Assembly: GCA_050246815.1 (NCBI GenBank)
Contig: JBFWVI010000004.1
Span: 32,001 to 96,000, forward strand
From: Bdellovibrionales bacterium
GTDB lineage: Bacteria > Bdellovibrionota > Bdellovibrionia > Bdellovibrionales > UBA1609
Direction: 5' to 3'
DNA: 64,000 nt
Shown here: piece by piece, positions 1-9,381 of the stretch
Position numbering within the stretch: the stretch's first letter is position 1
Layout of the letters: the number at the start of each line of letters is the position of its first letter
Program-made: the position numbers and the translations under genes
Notes under the pieces: generated by a model
Databases searched by the model: none
Told to the model about the DNA's origin: nothing
What the model saw: only the letters and a program-made list of their open reading frames with translations

Positions 1-362
1 GGAAAGGTCAAAAGACCGCCGCCATTAAAAGCTGCGCGAGTGTCGGTGGTGATCATGCCAAGGCGGTAATCCAAACGATAAATCGAGTCCAAAAAACCGG
101 GAAAACGCAAAGCCATCTCGCTTTGCTCGACATACATCGAAGTGCTATTGTCATTGACGACCAAAATGTCCACTTCGCCGACGTTGACGTGGTAATTGAA
201 TTGATTAAAGCCGTCAGGGGTCAGCACGCAGCCTTCAGAACCAAAATCATTTTGATATTGCACGCAGAGTTTATTCGGTTGGGATTTAAAGCCCACATCC
301 GAACAGCCCACAGGGCCCATCCACGAGATCATGGCGATCAACCGCCACATCCAAGATTTCAC
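1..362 (-). CDS. Putative lipoprotein with vWA/MIDAS-like motif (runs off the window edge)
   Basis: Not in the ORF track. Manual translation from GTG at 362 (AGAGAGGTG upstream): MKSWMWRLIAMISWMGPVGCSD...VDILVVNDNSTSMYVEQ...LDYRLGMITTD; lipobox-like VGC and DxSxS motif. Confidence 0.7.
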   Translation of the reverse strand, partial: MKSWMWRLIAMISWMGPVGCSDVGFKSQPNKLCVQYQNDFGSEGCVLTPDGFNQFNYHVNVGEVDILVVNDNSTSMYVEQSEMALRFPGFLDSIYRLDYRLGMITTDTRAAFNGGGLLTF

Positions 363-691
363 GTCGCACCTCTCTCTAAGGGCCTTTTAATCCAAGGAAC
401 ATGCCATCTTTAGTAAAAATTACAAGTTATTGATATTACTCATATTTTAAGTAAATTGAGGGCCCCACTAAAGCTGTCGAGCTTTTAGCCATCCGCGCCC
501 ATTTAAGAATTAGGCTCGTCATTTCAAGCAGTTAATTTTAGCGCGAAGACACTTTTTGCCCACCGCTTGGGCACCCCTTTAATTGCTCACCAGCCATTGT
601 CGAAACATTTTTTGACACTTTCGAAACGGTTCGTGGCTTTAAGGTTAAGATTTCCCTGGGCATTTGCAAACCCTCACCGCACTATTAAAGG

Positions 692-1225
692 ATGCAAAAC
701 TCAATTGGTTTGTGGCTGGCGCGCCTATTTGGACTATTTTTGTTGGCCATCGGCGCAACCCTGGCCGTGATGTTTGGGCAAAAGTACGCCCGCTTTGAAT
801 TCGGCGATGCCGAACAAAGACTTCAGATTTTGTGGGAGCAAGACGTTGAAAAACTAAGTGCTTCCGGCAAACTGCCCAAAGCCTGGAACGAAATCAAAGA
901 AATCCAACTGATCCCCGCCACCGACAATGCCAAACTCTGGCTTAAAAACGTGCGCGTGCCGATTCGCCTGAAATCCGACGGCGGCTACAAAATGGAAATT
1001 TTGGTGGTCTCGTGGGAAGAAGAAAAAGCCTCTGGCGCGATTATGCAATACAACCTGGTCGATCTTAAAACCAACAATATGATTTGGGAGCTGGGCCGCA
1101 CCTTTGTTTTAAGCGGGCAGCTGGATGAATCCGAAGTCAGTCGCCGCGAAGAAACACTTTCGCCGACAACTCCCGCTCAGCCCGTCACAGCGCCAAAGAC
1201 GACCGAAGGCACAACAACACGCTAA
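692..1225 (+). CDS. Hypothetical membrane-anchored protein
   Basis: 177-aa ORF, AAGG before ATG, N-terminal hydrophobic helix, Pro/Thr-rich tail. Confidence 0.65.
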   Translation: MQNSIGLWLARLFGLFLLAIGATLAVMFGQKYARFEFGDAEQRLQILWEQDVEKLSASGKLPKAWNEIKEIQLIPATDNAKLWLKNVRVPIRLKSDGGYKMEILVVSWEEEKASGAIMQYNLVDLKTNNMIWELGRTFVLSGQLDESEVSRREETLSPTTPAQPVTAPKTTEGTTTR

Positions 1226-1242
1226 AATCTCTACGCTCTCGC

Positions 1243-2298
1243 TTATGGAACAACCGCCTCAGGATGGGTCAGACTTAAATACTTCACGATGGCATTGAAA
1301 TCCTGCTCGGTCGCACCCTTACCGTCGACCTGAACCGACTGCAGAACGCTGGGCATGACCAAGCCGCCGTGGCCGGACAAAAATTCGGCTAGTCTTTTTT
1401 CTAAGTACTTCGGTTTTTGGCCGAAAATCATCGCCGCCCCCTGCATAGGCTTTGAATATTGCGGCAGATGGCAGGCCATGCAATTGTTCGCCACGACAAT
1501 CTTTTTACCGCGTGCGTAGGCCGCCTGATCAGCTTCAGCAACTGCGGGAATTTGCTCGGGGGCCGGCAAAACTTTTTGCTGACTGAAGTACTCCGCCACT
1601 TTATCCAAAACTTCAGTCATGGCCTGATCCATCATCACCGTGCCATCTGGATTGATTGTGTACTTCCAGCCAAAAGCGGAGGCCAAAGGCTGTAGGGCTG
1701 CCACCTGCATCACAGAGTCCTTTGATTCAGGACGCAAAAATTGTTGCAGTCGAGCCGTGATATAAACTTTGTTGTGACCCGCCAGATGAGGAGTCGTATC
1801 GTCGATCGCGGAGTGCCCCTGCAACCCGTGGCATGTGGAGCAGCGGTTCAAAACAGATAAAAATTGATCTCGCACGACTTCTGGCCCATCGACACTGGCC
1901 ACGGCTGCAGTGACGCCCGCCTTCGCCGCGCCTTGGGCGAAGGCGATAAGTTTTGCCGTTTCTTCCGCTGTGATCGCGCCGGCTTCTGGGCTACCCACCT
2001 GAGGCATGGTCTTATTTGCAAGCCGCTGTCCCAAAGCCCCAGAAAGCGAAATTCGCTTAAGATTTTCCTCTTTGGTCCAATCGTTGGTGCCCGCATTATG
2101 GCAACGGGCACAGCGCTGTTGAACGATCGGCAGAACTGACTGGAAGTCTTGTTGATTCTCAAGGGCTTGCGACGGTCTGGTTTGGGGAATGGGCTGGTGC
2201 GGACCTTTTGAAGGCGCGCAAGCGACCGCAAAAAACCAGGTGAATAAAAGCCATTTGTAATTTTGCGCCCGATACAAAAAGATTTTTTTACGACTCAT
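1243..2298 (-). CDS. Triheme c-type cytochrome lipoprotein (N-terminal heme domain plus c4-like diheme)
   Basis: Lipobox AVAC; CARCH, CSTCH, CMACH; c4-like segments PHLAGH..YI..RL..F..M and GQ..KYL..RL..F..M. Confidence 0.85.
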   Translation of the reverse strand: MSRKKIFLYRAQNYKWLLFTWFFAVACAPSKGPHQPIPQTRPSQALENQQDFQSVLPIVQQRCARCHNAGTNDWTKEENLKRISLSGALGQRLANKTMPQVGSPEAGAITAEETAKLIAFAQGAAKAGVTAAVASVDGPEVVRDQFLSVLNRCSTCHGLQGHSAIDDTTPHLAGHNKVYITARLQQFLRPESKDSVMQVAALQPLASAFGWKYTINPDGTVMMDQAMTEVLDKVAEYFSQQKVLPAPEQIPAVAEADQAAYARGKKIVVANNCMACHLPQYSKPMQGAAMIFGQKPKYLEKRLAEFLSGHGGLVMPSVLQSVQVDGKGATEQDFNAIVKYLSLTHPEAVVP

Positions 2299-2369
2299 TG
2301 TACTCTCCGACTGAAAGCGTTAAGGAGTATAGCGCAATTTGTTAAAAATCCCAACGAAGGGACAAGAAC

Positions 2370-3647
2370 ATGCTTCAAGGCTTGCGCGCTCTAAGAAAAA
2401 AATTCGCATCTGATCAATGTTTAGCCACCATCCGATTTCGATCGTGCGGACGAATTGAATTTCTGCTTCTGGTTTTCTTGAGCCTGCTGCCGCCTGTGGC
2501 CCAAGGCCGAATTGAGTACGCTCTTAAGGCTGGCAACAATCGCTGCACCGCCTGTCACTATTCTCCCGCGGGTGGGGGCTCGCGCAATATCAATGGAAAG
2601 TATTTCGGAGCGTTCGGACACCCGCCGCTGAAAAAAAACTGGTTGCAAAACCAAGACAATGTCGGCCTTGAAGCGAAATTCCTGTACTATCGGCCCGAAA
2701 CCCCCAGCCAAGTCCGCGGCGGCATGGGCGTGATGTTTGGAACTGTCTGGGGCAGCATTGAAATCCAAGAGCTCTCGCAAGAGTCGTCGGAATTGCGATT
2801 GGTGGCCGAGCAAAATTTAGGTGGATTTTCAGCAGGCCCACGCCAATGGTACGCGCGTTGGAAGCTGCACGAAGACACGGCGACAAGCTGGCTGCCGCAG
2901 TATGTGCTGCTGGGCCGAATTATCCCTGCCTTTGGCGTTTTGACTGATGAACATCGGACCTACGTGCGCATCCAATCCGGAACGGTTTGGCACACAGGCT
3001 ATGACACCGGGCTGATGTTGTCGGCCAATCCCTTCGAATCCCTGCACTATGATGTGGCCGTGGTGAATGGAAAGAAAAATGCAGGCACCGCTCTGGCCAA
3101 TGAGATGGCAGATGTCTGGGGAGTCATCGGCAATATCCGCTGGGCTCCGATTTCCATGCCGCTTTTTGTCGGCTACAGCCAAAGTTACTACCCTTCAACT
3201 TCGACCGAGCGCGAAGCCAATGCGAATTCTGTTTATGGCTCGTTTTCATTTTACAGACTCACAAAAAGCAAAATGCCTTTAAGCCTGACCGCCGAGTTTG
3301 TAACGGCCAAAAACTGGAACAGCTCATTCACCTCCACTTTTGTTTCGGACTCCACGTATGCAACGCAAGTCGCACAAGCCTATTCGTACGGGCTTTTGGC
3401 CCTGGCGCAGTGGGACTTTAGCCCGAAGTTCGCAATCCAGTACAAGTATGACCAGTTGGAACTGAACCATGACTTCCCGTCAGATCGCTACACGCGCCAC
3501 GGCGTGGGCGTTAAGGCTTATTTAGCCAACAATGTTTTTGGCCTTCTGCGAATTGAAACAGCTAAAGCAGGACATCCGGCGGAAGCTCAAGGAGTCAAAA
3601 CCGGCGCCCAGGACGCGGTCTGGGGGCTTTTGAATATCTCGTTGTAA
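2370..3647 (+). CDS. Outer-membrane beta-barrel with N-terminal CxxCH (cytochrome-porin fusion, Cyc2-like architecture); start uncertain
   Basis: Signal-like FLLLVFLSLLPPVAQG, then CTACH, then aromatic amphipathic beta strands ending WGLLNISL. Confidence 0.7.
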   Translation: MLQGLRALRKKFASDQCLATIRFRSCGRIEFLLLVFLSLLPPVAQGRIEYALKAGNNRCTACHYSPAGGGSRNINGKYFGAFGHPPLKKNWLQNQDNVGLEAKFLYYRPETPSQVRGGMGVMFGTVWGSIEIQELSQESSELRLVAEQNLGGFSAGPRQWYARWKLHEDTATSWLPQYVLLGRIIPAFGVLTDEHRTYVRIQSGTVWHTGYDTGLMLSANPFESLHYDVAVVNGKKNAGTALANEMADVWGVIGNIRWAPISMPLFVGYSQSYYPSTSTEREANANSVYGSFSFYRLTKSKMPLSLTAEFVTAKNWNSSFTSTFVSDSTYATQVAQAYSYGLLALAQWDFSPKFAIQYKYDQLELNHDFPSDRYTRHGVGVKAYLANNVFGLLRIETAKAGHPAEAQGVKTGAQDAVWGLLNISL

Positions 3648-3678
3648 AAAACCGAAACGTTTCTAGGAGAGTATTGCG

Positions 3679-3975
3679 ATGATCTTAAAATATATGACCT
3701 GTCTGATGTTGATGGCCGTGAGTCGTTGTGTTTTTGCCTCAACCCCACCCCCGATTGCACAAACTTGCGTCGCCTGCCATGGTCCCGCCGGCATTTCAAA
3801 CAATCCACTCTGGCCAAACCTGGCGGGCCAAAAACGCGATTACCTTGTCAAACAAATCAGTGATTTCAAAGCCGACCGCAGAAAAGACCCGCTGATGAGC
3901 CCCATGGCCAAAACCCTCAGCGATCAAGATGTCACGGTTTTAGCCGATTACTTCAGTGGACTTACGGGAAAATAG
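3679..3975 (+). CDS. Monoheme cytochrome c (c553/c554-like)
   Basis: AGGAG RBS; signal peptide; CVACHG..G.S....PNLAGQ...YL..Q...F......M. Confidence 0.92.
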   Translation: MILKYMTCLMLMAVSRCVFASTPPPIAQTCVACHGPAGISNNPLWPNLAGQKRDYLVKQISDFKADRRKDPLMSPMAKTLSDQDVTVLADYFSGLTGK

Positions 3976-4021
3976 TTCGACCTGAACCTCATACGCACTC
4001 CCGGATCACTGAGCTCAGAAT

Positions 4022-4540
4022 TTATTTTGCCGGAGCCGTGGGCTGTTCTTTGCCCGATTGGCCTGTGGTTCTTGTCTCGGGCGTTGGCAGCCTGAGGCAC
4101 AGCTGGTACCCACTCAGATGAACTTTCGACTTTTCAAAGCCGACCTGAACCTGCAAAGGCTTAACGTGGCTGTTAGGCGAATCAACCGGGCAGCCCGCCG
4201 TCTCTTTCACCAAAGAACAGTTGGTCGACACCATTTTAACACCTTCAAATATGCCGACTCCAGGGGCCGCGCCTACTGTGCCGTCGCTCATCAGCACCAC
4301 ACTCTTACATCCGTTGGACTGCAAGTACTGCTTGAGTGGTTCATGCTGCGTGAAACTTGCCAACGAAAAGGAGCTTTCGAAAATAGTTTGAGCTGGGCCA
4401 CAGACTTTTTGAATTGAGCAACTGGTGTACCCATTTTTAGCAAGTTCTTTTCTTGTTTCACTTTTGCAGTCAATTGTAGCCGAAGCGGAATGAGCAACCG
4501 TCCAAAAAAATGCGGCCGTCACACAGAAATATTTTCTCAT
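4022..4540 (-). CDS. Secreted Cys-containing hypothetical protein
   Basis: Signal peptide (ASA), several Cys, GAGG upstream. Confidence 0.6.
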   Translation of the reverse strand: MRKYFCVTAAFFWTVAHSASATIDCKSETRKELAKNGYTSCSIQKVCGPAQTIFESSFSLASFTQHEPLKQYLQSNGCKSVVLMSDGTVGAAPGVGIFEGVKMVSTNCSLVKETAGCPVDSPNSHVKPLQVQVGFEKSKVHLSGYQLCLRLPTPETRTTGQSGKEQPTAPAK

Positions 4541-4694
4541 TAATTAATGATGCCTCGCAAACGGCTGCGAGTCCAGACCACCCAGACAAAATTGGTTTAA
4601 GTTCGCACTGAACTAGGCCAGACCTTAGTCCTTTATTGCCACAGCTCTCTCATTGATGAACCCTATTATTCCGAAAATTAAGAACGAGGTCAAA

Positions 4695-4949
4695 ATGCGC
4701 TCTATATTATGTTTGCTCTTTTTTTCTTTGAGCAGTTTCACGTCGAATTCTGCCGCGGAGACTCTTAAAAAAAACTGCCTGATCAAAGTTAAGTACTTTT
4801 ACATAATCGGCATCCAAGAAATTGTTGATTACCACCTGGTGGCAGATTCAAAACAAGACTGCATTAGAAAATCAAAATCTTACAAAGAAAACTCGACGCC
4901 GCAGAAAGTGAAAAAGAAAGAGGTCTTGGTGCAATGGGCGTCCAGTTAA
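4695..4949 (+). CDS. Small secreted hypothetical protein
   Basis: GAGGT before ATG 4695; signal peptide; two Cys in the mature part. Confidence 0.55.
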   Translation: MRSILCLLFFSLSSFTSNSAAETLKKNCLIKVKYFYIIGIQEIVDYHLVADSKQDCIRKSKSYKENSTPQKVKKKEVLVQWASS

Positions 4950-7900
4950 ATTTACTCATTCTCCTCATAACATACACTCCCTTTGGCTTCGCAGACTTAA
5001 AAAATGAACCTCTTTGTGGTGCGGCCTGGGTCGGGGTGTCCAGTGCAGAAACCGATTTCGTGCAAGCAAAGAAGGGCCAGATTTTCCACCAAAGCACTGA
5101 TGTATTAGGCAACAAAACAAAAATTAAAATCACTGATTTTACGGGCAATTTAATTGACGAAATAACCATTCCCAAGATCGACGTGTCCCAGATTGAACCC
5201 TTTGGCAATGGCCTTGTCTATTTGTCTGAAAAAAAGATTTACTATTACGACCGTAAGCAAAAAAAATCAAAAGTAATCGCGGAGAATGCATCAACCTTAG
5301 GATGGGGCTGCGATTCGGATGAATCTGACACCACAATCTACATGAGCTGCTCAAGCAATGAGAATCCAACTTTTTATGACACTCAATCTCAAAGATCGTT
5401 GAATCTAAGCGGAAAGGCAACGGCCACAGCCTCAGGGCAAACAGTATTTTATGCGGAAACAACCGGAGGTTCTGAAAAATTTAGCCATATTTCAATCCAC
5501 GATTTCGCGACCTCAAAAAAACAAAAGTTTCCAGTCACAAAGTCAAAAGAGATCGAATTTATTTCGCCAAACCATGTTTCAGTTCAAGACTACGACGACG
5601 ACGACCATCTTGACACGCATTTCGTTAAGATCGACGGTTCGTGGGTTAAGTTCACAGACACCCCCTTAAGACGGTTGAACGGTGTTTTAAGCAACGGTGA
5701 TCTCATATTCAGAAATGCACGACATAAGAGAGGCCTTAATGTCCCGTACAATTATGACAACGCAGATGATTTTGTAGTTACAACAGAAATTTTTGATAAA
5801 ACAGGAAAAACAAAAAGAGCCACTTTAAATGGAGCGTATGGCAAAGTCGTGGCTGGCGGCCAATCAATCGCCAAGTACGACTTTAAGACACGCACGATGC
5901 ACAACTTTTCAGAGGCCGATTTTCAAGAGCTGGTGTCTGGAAAAAACGTTCGACCAAAAATTGAATCCGTGGACTCGATCACAGTGATTTCGAAACAGGG
6001 CAACTGGGGCGTCGGCTCGAACCTTAAAAAAAAATGAAACCCGCGTTACAAACTTAAATACTGGAAAATCTTTCAAAATTCCATTCACATCACAAGCATA
6101 CGATGTTCAAGAAGGCGAGGATGGAAAAAATATTGCCTTGCGAAATAGCAGTGGTCAGCGGCTTATTGTCGACACCACCTCGGGCAGGGTCAGGCGATTT
6201 CACGACTCAGAATATACACATTTCGACAAAAACTTTAATCTGTGGCTTGTTGATAAATATAATAGCGACCCTCAGCAGAAGAAAGAATTTTGCTTTCCGG
6301 CAAGCATTCAGGTTATCGATGATGATTGCAATTGCCTATTTAAGGACACTGAAGTTCCAATTTCGAACAGCACTTCACTTGAACAGATCCAAGACGTCGC
6401 AGTTGCGGCCTTGTGCAAAGAACCTTTTAAAAAAGAGGATTGGGACAAAATCACCCCGCCGCTCGAAAAAGGGCAAATCTCTGAAAAACAAGCCGCTCTC
6501 TACTTGAAAAGGTTCCAAAAAAAGGGCGGTTATGATCCCAAAATACATCTGCCGATTCTATCTAGTCTATTGCGCTCTAAATTAGTCGAAAAGGCCCCCG
6601 ACCTGGTGAATGAAACATTGAAGTCATTGGCCTATCATCATCCCCGCGTGTTACAGGCCGCCTACACTGTGCTGAAACTAGACAAAAACCTGGCCTTAAA
6701 GCAAGGGACAACTCCCAACTCATCCTGCAGGACCGAAACTGAACTCCACTACAATTCCCAAATGATCGAGAAAATGAAGTTGAGCTCGCAAGCCGAATCC
6801 TCTAAAACCACGACAGATGACTGGCTGGTCTATTCTCCATTCAAAAAAGACCTGCAAGAATTGCCCAAAGAAGAACGCGATCAGATTGTCGATGGGGTTG
6901 CCGAGAGCTTGTCACAAAATGCGGCAAGTTCGCAAGATCTAGAAGGTGCATTTCAGAGCAAGCTTTATTACTTTGCTAAGAAACACGCCCTGGACTTGGT
7001 CGGCGTACAAGGCAAGCCCGCAACAGATCTAGCTATTGCCATACGAAAAGGGGCCAATATTCCTATCCTTTTGGGCTCGGGAAATCTTGAAGGAGCCACG
7101 TCGCCTCAAATTGAAAATGTGATTAACAACAGCGACCCCTTCGGCTTTAAATACAAAGTCTTGCCCGCCCTGTCGGTGAATCCAAAAACAAAGGTCGGCC
7201 GAGTGTTCAATGAAAGCTTCGCTTGGAAGCATGATGATCAACCCTATCAGGCACATGCCAAAATCACGGTTTTGGAGCCTTTGGACAAGCTGATCAGCAA
7301 GAGCAAGTCCCCCAACTATTCTCAGTTGAAAAAAAACGGAACCAAAACAGGTATGATGGTGATTGGCACCAATTTGGCCGGACACGCCGGGCTTGTTGAC
7401 CGCTACTTGACCTATTACCAAAACGAAGGATTTGTTTTTGACACAGTTACAGATATCAACATCCCCTCCTTCTTTAAGGAAGTCATCCAAAGCGGCGAAG
7501 TGAACTATTTAATTAAAGAAGCCCATTCAGATGGCGACGAGCGAAACTTATTTCGGTCGGCAAAAGAGGGACGGCTCCACCGCGGGGTATTAAATAAACC
7601 CAATGGCGAAAAGGAGGTTATCTATCTGGCCACTCCAAAAGACCATAATTCCGGCAGCAAATTAATCTCAAATCAAGAGTTTGGATCCTGGGTCCGGTCA
7701 CGCGGAAAGAATCAGCCGTTGATTTACTTTAACACCAGCTGTTCCTCAACACGTAAGGTTATATCTGAAATTGCGGCCGCCCGTTCGCCAAATTTTATAC
7801 CGATACCCGGCAAGGGCAGCGTGAATACCTTTCGAGAAGTTGAGAGCAATGGGACTCGTCAAGTGCTGCACGCTTTTCGAAACGGTAAGGATTATGATCA

Positions 7901-8084
7901 AATTCGCGCGGCCTTGCACGCGTCCGAGAACTACAAAAAAGGTAAAGACCAATACATTTTCCCTGACGAAAAAGATTATGACCTGTACATACGCGAAAAT
8001 TTGAATTTGAATTTGGATGTTGAGATGACGATCAAGGGTCCAACCGGCGAAGTCATCCATATCGATAAAAGCATCGACAACTGA
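4934..8084 (+). pseudogene. Large secreted protein (~1050 aa) split by a frameshift in an A9 run; beta-propeller-like N half, possible His-Cys protease-like C half
   Basis: ORF 4934-6037 ends in the A9 tract (6026-6034). The frame of ORF 6138-8084 is open back to 6033 (NETRVTNLNTGKSF...). Removing one A fuses them. Confidence 0.7.
7957..8053 (+). repeat. Diverged direct repeat, copy 1 (3' end of the 4934-8084 gene)
   Basis: Gapless 97-nt alignment with 23387-23483, 74/97 identical by hand count. Confidence 0.85.
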
Positions 8085-8136
8085 CCTGCCTAGCAGGTTT
8101 ACATGCGCCCGCCGGTTTACTTTCGTCAGCCTCTCT

Positions 8137-9372
8137 TTAGAACGAAGTTGCGATCTGAAGATAGTAGAACGATGCTTCGTCGCTGCCGCCATTGTCTTTA
8201 AGGTAGTTGCCAGAAACAACGCGGGCGGCCCCACCTTCCAAAGTCAGGTTTTCATCTAAAGTATAGGCGAGCACGAGGTCATATTCATTGGCGATGGCCG
8301 CACTATCACCCGTCGCGCCATACGCCGTCGTACCATTGAACTTATAGACCGAACGACTCGTGTCCTGACGTTCAAAATGGTAGTAGTCAAAGGATGCCAC
8401 AAGGCCCGATAAAATTTGTCCTGATACTCTGGCATGATAGCCTTCAATGTTTCGCCGAGAAAATAAATCGGCATAACCGAGCCATTTATGACCCGTGGGA
8501 AAAAGCTGATCAAAATTGCCACTGGCGCTGAAATACTCAACAGCCACACGATTTTTTTTAGACGCATCGAAGGTATATCCGGCTTCAAAGTTGTACTGCC
8601 GCTCACCCGTGGATTCTGCCGCTTTCACGTCTTCAAACGTCATCTCGGCGCGGTAATCGAACTCCCCCACTGATGATTTCAACCGCATGCCATATGCCGT
8701 TGTGCTGGATTTCGGACTCGTTGACGGATCATTCAAATAAAAAATGTAAGCATCGGCATGCTCGATGTTTTCCGAAATCCTATTAGCAGCATAAACTCCT
8801 GAAAACTCTCTGTCACCGGGGCCCGCGCCGGTCGTATTGCGGTCCACGACGCTCGAGTGAAAGACCTCCATGCTGCCATAGGCATGTTTGTACGCGGCCT
8901 GCGCAAGATCAAAAGAACGGCCAACGTTACTCCACCCCACTCCGCCGACTAAAAGCTCATCCCCGTAATTCAGCTCCCTTCGCCCCAATATGAACAAAAA
9001 TGACTCATTGGCCTGATATCCGAAATAGCCCTGATGAACGTCGATTGGCGAATCATTTGTTGCCGCACTTGTGTTGGCCGGAGTGTTCGCATCGGTCGCC
9101 GTTGGAACAAACTCAGGCTCGCCCCACGTCTTGGAAAACTGGGGCTGCAAAAAAATGTTTACCTTTTCCGTTGCCTGGACTTTAAAATCCAATCGAAAGC
9201 GTGAGGCGATGAAGTCAATGTAGTCATCCGCATTATCATTGAAATCCGTGTTTTCCCTGAACTCGGCGCGCACGCGCGCCGAGCCTGCAACTTGTATCCG
9301 ACTCGTTTGTGCCGACACGGTGCTTCCAACGAGCATCAATCCCAAGATCAAACCCATTCCTCTACAATCCAT
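8137..9372 (-). CDS. Alginate-export (AlgE-like) outer-membrane beta-barrel
   Basis: Signal peptide; R.R.E start; LGRRELNYGDELLVG..GWSNVGRSFD; FDQLFPTGHKWLGYADLF; C-terminal F. Confidence 0.85.
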   Translation of the reverse strand: MDCRGMGLILGLMLVGSTVSAQTSRIQVAGSARVRAEFRENTDFNDNADDYIDFIASRFRLDFKVQATEKVNIFLQPQFSKTWGEPEFVPTATDANTPANTSAATNDSPIDVHQGYFGYQANESFLFILGRRELNYGDELLVGGVGWSNVGRSFDLAQAAYKHAYGSMEVFHSSVVDRNTTGAGPGDREFSGVYAANRISENIEHADAYIFYLNDPSTSPKSSTTAYGMRLKSSVGEFDYRAEMTFEDVKAAESTGERQYNFEAGYTFDASKKNRVAVEYFSASGNFDQLFPTGHKWLGYADLFSRRNIEGYHARVSGQILSGLVASFDYYHFERQDTSRSVYKFNGTTAYGATGDSAAIANEYDLVLAYTLDENLTLEGGAARVVSGNYLKDNGGSDEASFYYLQIATSF

Positions 9373-9381
9373 AATTTCTCC

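Noticed and set aside
123..770. Plus-strand ORFs 123-413 and 567-770, and other short antisense ORFs in the track
   Set aside because: Shadows of better-supported genes; no motifs
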